This document shows positions 63,200 through 64,000 of a stretch of 64,000 nt of DNA, one piece after another. The position numbers and the translations under genes were made by a program. The stretch spans positions 3,340-67,339 of the forward strand of contig MIZA01000001.1 of assembly GCA_001875345.1 (NCBI GenBank). Reading direction: 5' to 3'. Origin of the DNA: Marine Group III euryarchaeote CG-Epi1. Its GTDB lineage: Archaea > Thermoplasmatota > Poseidoniia > MGIII > CG-Epi1. Position 1 is the stretch's first letter. Each line of letters opens with the position of its first letter. The notes under the pieces are model-generated. The model worked only from the letters and a program-made list of their open reading frames with translations, searched no databases and was not told where the DNA came from.

Positions 63200-63999
63200 T
63201 AATCCTCATCATAATAATAATCTAATCCTAGATGGGTGATAATTGTTTCTCCCATTAGATGTCTAAGTGTATTTTCTAACTTTACTTTTTGAGAGAATAA
63301 ATCATGTATTGGATATAAATCTGGTTTACACATTGGTGACTTAAAATAAAACGAGAGCCACTCTTGAATTCCATGTAAGCCTGATCTTTTTGCAAAGTCT
63401 AGAAATAATGCTAAATCTAGAACAATTGGTGCTGCCAAAATTGAATCTCTGCAAAGAAAATCAACCTTAATCTGCATAGGGTATCCCAGCCATCCCTTGA
63501 TGTCTATGTTATCCCAACCTTCTTTGTTATCACCTCTCGGTGGATAATAATTAATTCTAACTTTGTGATATAAATCTCCGTACAATTCAGGATTCTTTTC
63601 AGGCTCTAATATTTGCTCAAGAACTCCTAACTTGGATACCTCTTTCGTTTTAAACGATTCGGGATCATCTAACACTTCTCCATCTCTATTACCTAAAATA
63701 TTTGTCGAGAACCAGCCATCAATGCCTATTTCTCTTGCCTTAAAGCCCGGTGCAAGAATCGTTTTCATTAATGTCTGACCTGTTTTGAAATCTTTACCTG
63801 CAATAGGAACACCTTCTTTCACTGATAATTCAAACATTGCTGGAAAATCTACAGACAAATTAGGTGCTCCATTTGCATAGGGAACTCCTTCTTTAATGGC
63901 TGAGTAAGCATACAATATTGAAGGCGCGATTGATTTATCATTTGAATCTAAAGCTTTTTCAAATTCTGAAAGATTACTGTAAATTTTATCAGAAGGATC
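63199..63999 (-). CDS. myo-Inositol-1-phosphate synthase, C-terminal part (N-terminus beyond the window)
   Basis: APSILYAYSAIKEGVPYANGAPN...GWFSTNILGNRDG. My hand translation shows the frame stays open upstream of the track's TTG start to the window end. Confidence 0.8.
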   Translation of the reverse strand, partial: DPSDKIYSNLSEFEKALDSNDKSIAPSILYAYSAIKEGVPYANGAPNLSVDFPAMFELSVKEGVPIAGKDFKTGQTLMKTILAPGFKAREIGIDGWFSTNILGNRDGEVLDDPESFKTKEVSKLGVLEQILEPEKNPELYGDLYHKVRINYYPPRGDNKEGWDNIDIKGWLGYPMQIKVDFLCRDSILAAPIVLDLALFLDFAKRSGLHGIQEWLSFYFKSPMCKPDLYPIHDLFSQKVKLENTLRHLMGETIITHLGLDYYYDED

Positions 64000-64000
64000 T

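Noticed and set aside
1-64000. I looked for CRISPR arrays, tandem repeats, rRNA and tRNA genes, and for IS elements, transposases or integrases.
   Set aside because: Coding ORFs with recognisable products tile almost the whole window. The longest intergenic stretch is 261 nt. I saw no spaced direct repeats, no cloverleaf candidates and no DDE, tyrosine-recombinase or serine-recombinase motifs.

Overview
This is an AT-rich, gene-dense 64-kb window. All family calls rest on motifs I recognise in the supplied translations; no searches were run.

Origin (inference): most likely an uncultured marine archaeon, Marine Group II/III-like Thermoplasmatota. The supporting observations are:
- an AglH-type dolichyl-phosphate HexNAc-1-P transferase and a DUF354 protein;
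- many first genes with a TATA-like box 22-27 nt upstream of the start codon and no Shine-Dalgarno sequence, which suggests leaderless transcripts;
- acidic-tailed surface proteins and an HAE3/MMPL exporter.

Layout:
1. 1-23038: 25 co-directional minus-strand genes form a glycan / cell-surface biosynthesis island. It contains GalU, UDP-xylose synthase, an SDR epimerase, two dehydrogenase+DegT aminotransferase modules, a formyltransferase, a methyltransferase, GT4 x2, DUF354, a GT-C-like membrane protein, LicD and a flippase. It also holds two poorly understood cassettes built around ATP-grasp enzymes.
2. 23039-23299: an atypically G+C-rich, strand-asymmetric intergenic region with a palindromic TATA element and hairpins.
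3. 23300-26115: 2-oxoacid:ferredoxin oxidoreductase korAB.
4. 26092-31401: a small accessory patch with an EamA transporter lacking a start codon, a 7-TM protein, a small HicB-like ORF, a methyltransferase plus an unknown 308-aa protein, and a Nudix-like / retropepsin-like protease / RimK trio.
5. 31407-34764: two secreted lipobox proteins, a BNR/sialidase-like protein and an S15 peptidase.
6. 34818-39998: a five-gene fatty-acyl tailoring cluster (two Cfa-type methylases, a delta-9 desaturase, an FAD oxidoreductase and DUF1365). It resembles the bacterial furan-fatty-acid pathway.
7. 39999-41534: a PD-(D/E)XK nuclease with a coiled-coil tail.
8. 41584-47425: a MacB-type ABC exporter and an MMPL/HAE3 exporter.
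9. 47427-48970: a CinA-like protein and HtpX.
10. 49005-58385: ten translationally coupled genes headed by tryptophan 2,3-dioxygenase. They include an AmnAB-like two-subunit extradiol dioxygenase, a semialdehyde dehydrogenase, a RidA deaminase and several unexpected enzymes.
11. 58434-63999: an esterase, a giant beta-propeller surface protein, a small Cys/His ORF, a wHTH regulator, a quinone oxidoreductase and a partial myo-inositol-1-phosphate synthase.

I found no rRNA, tRNA, CRISPR array, transposase or integrase.
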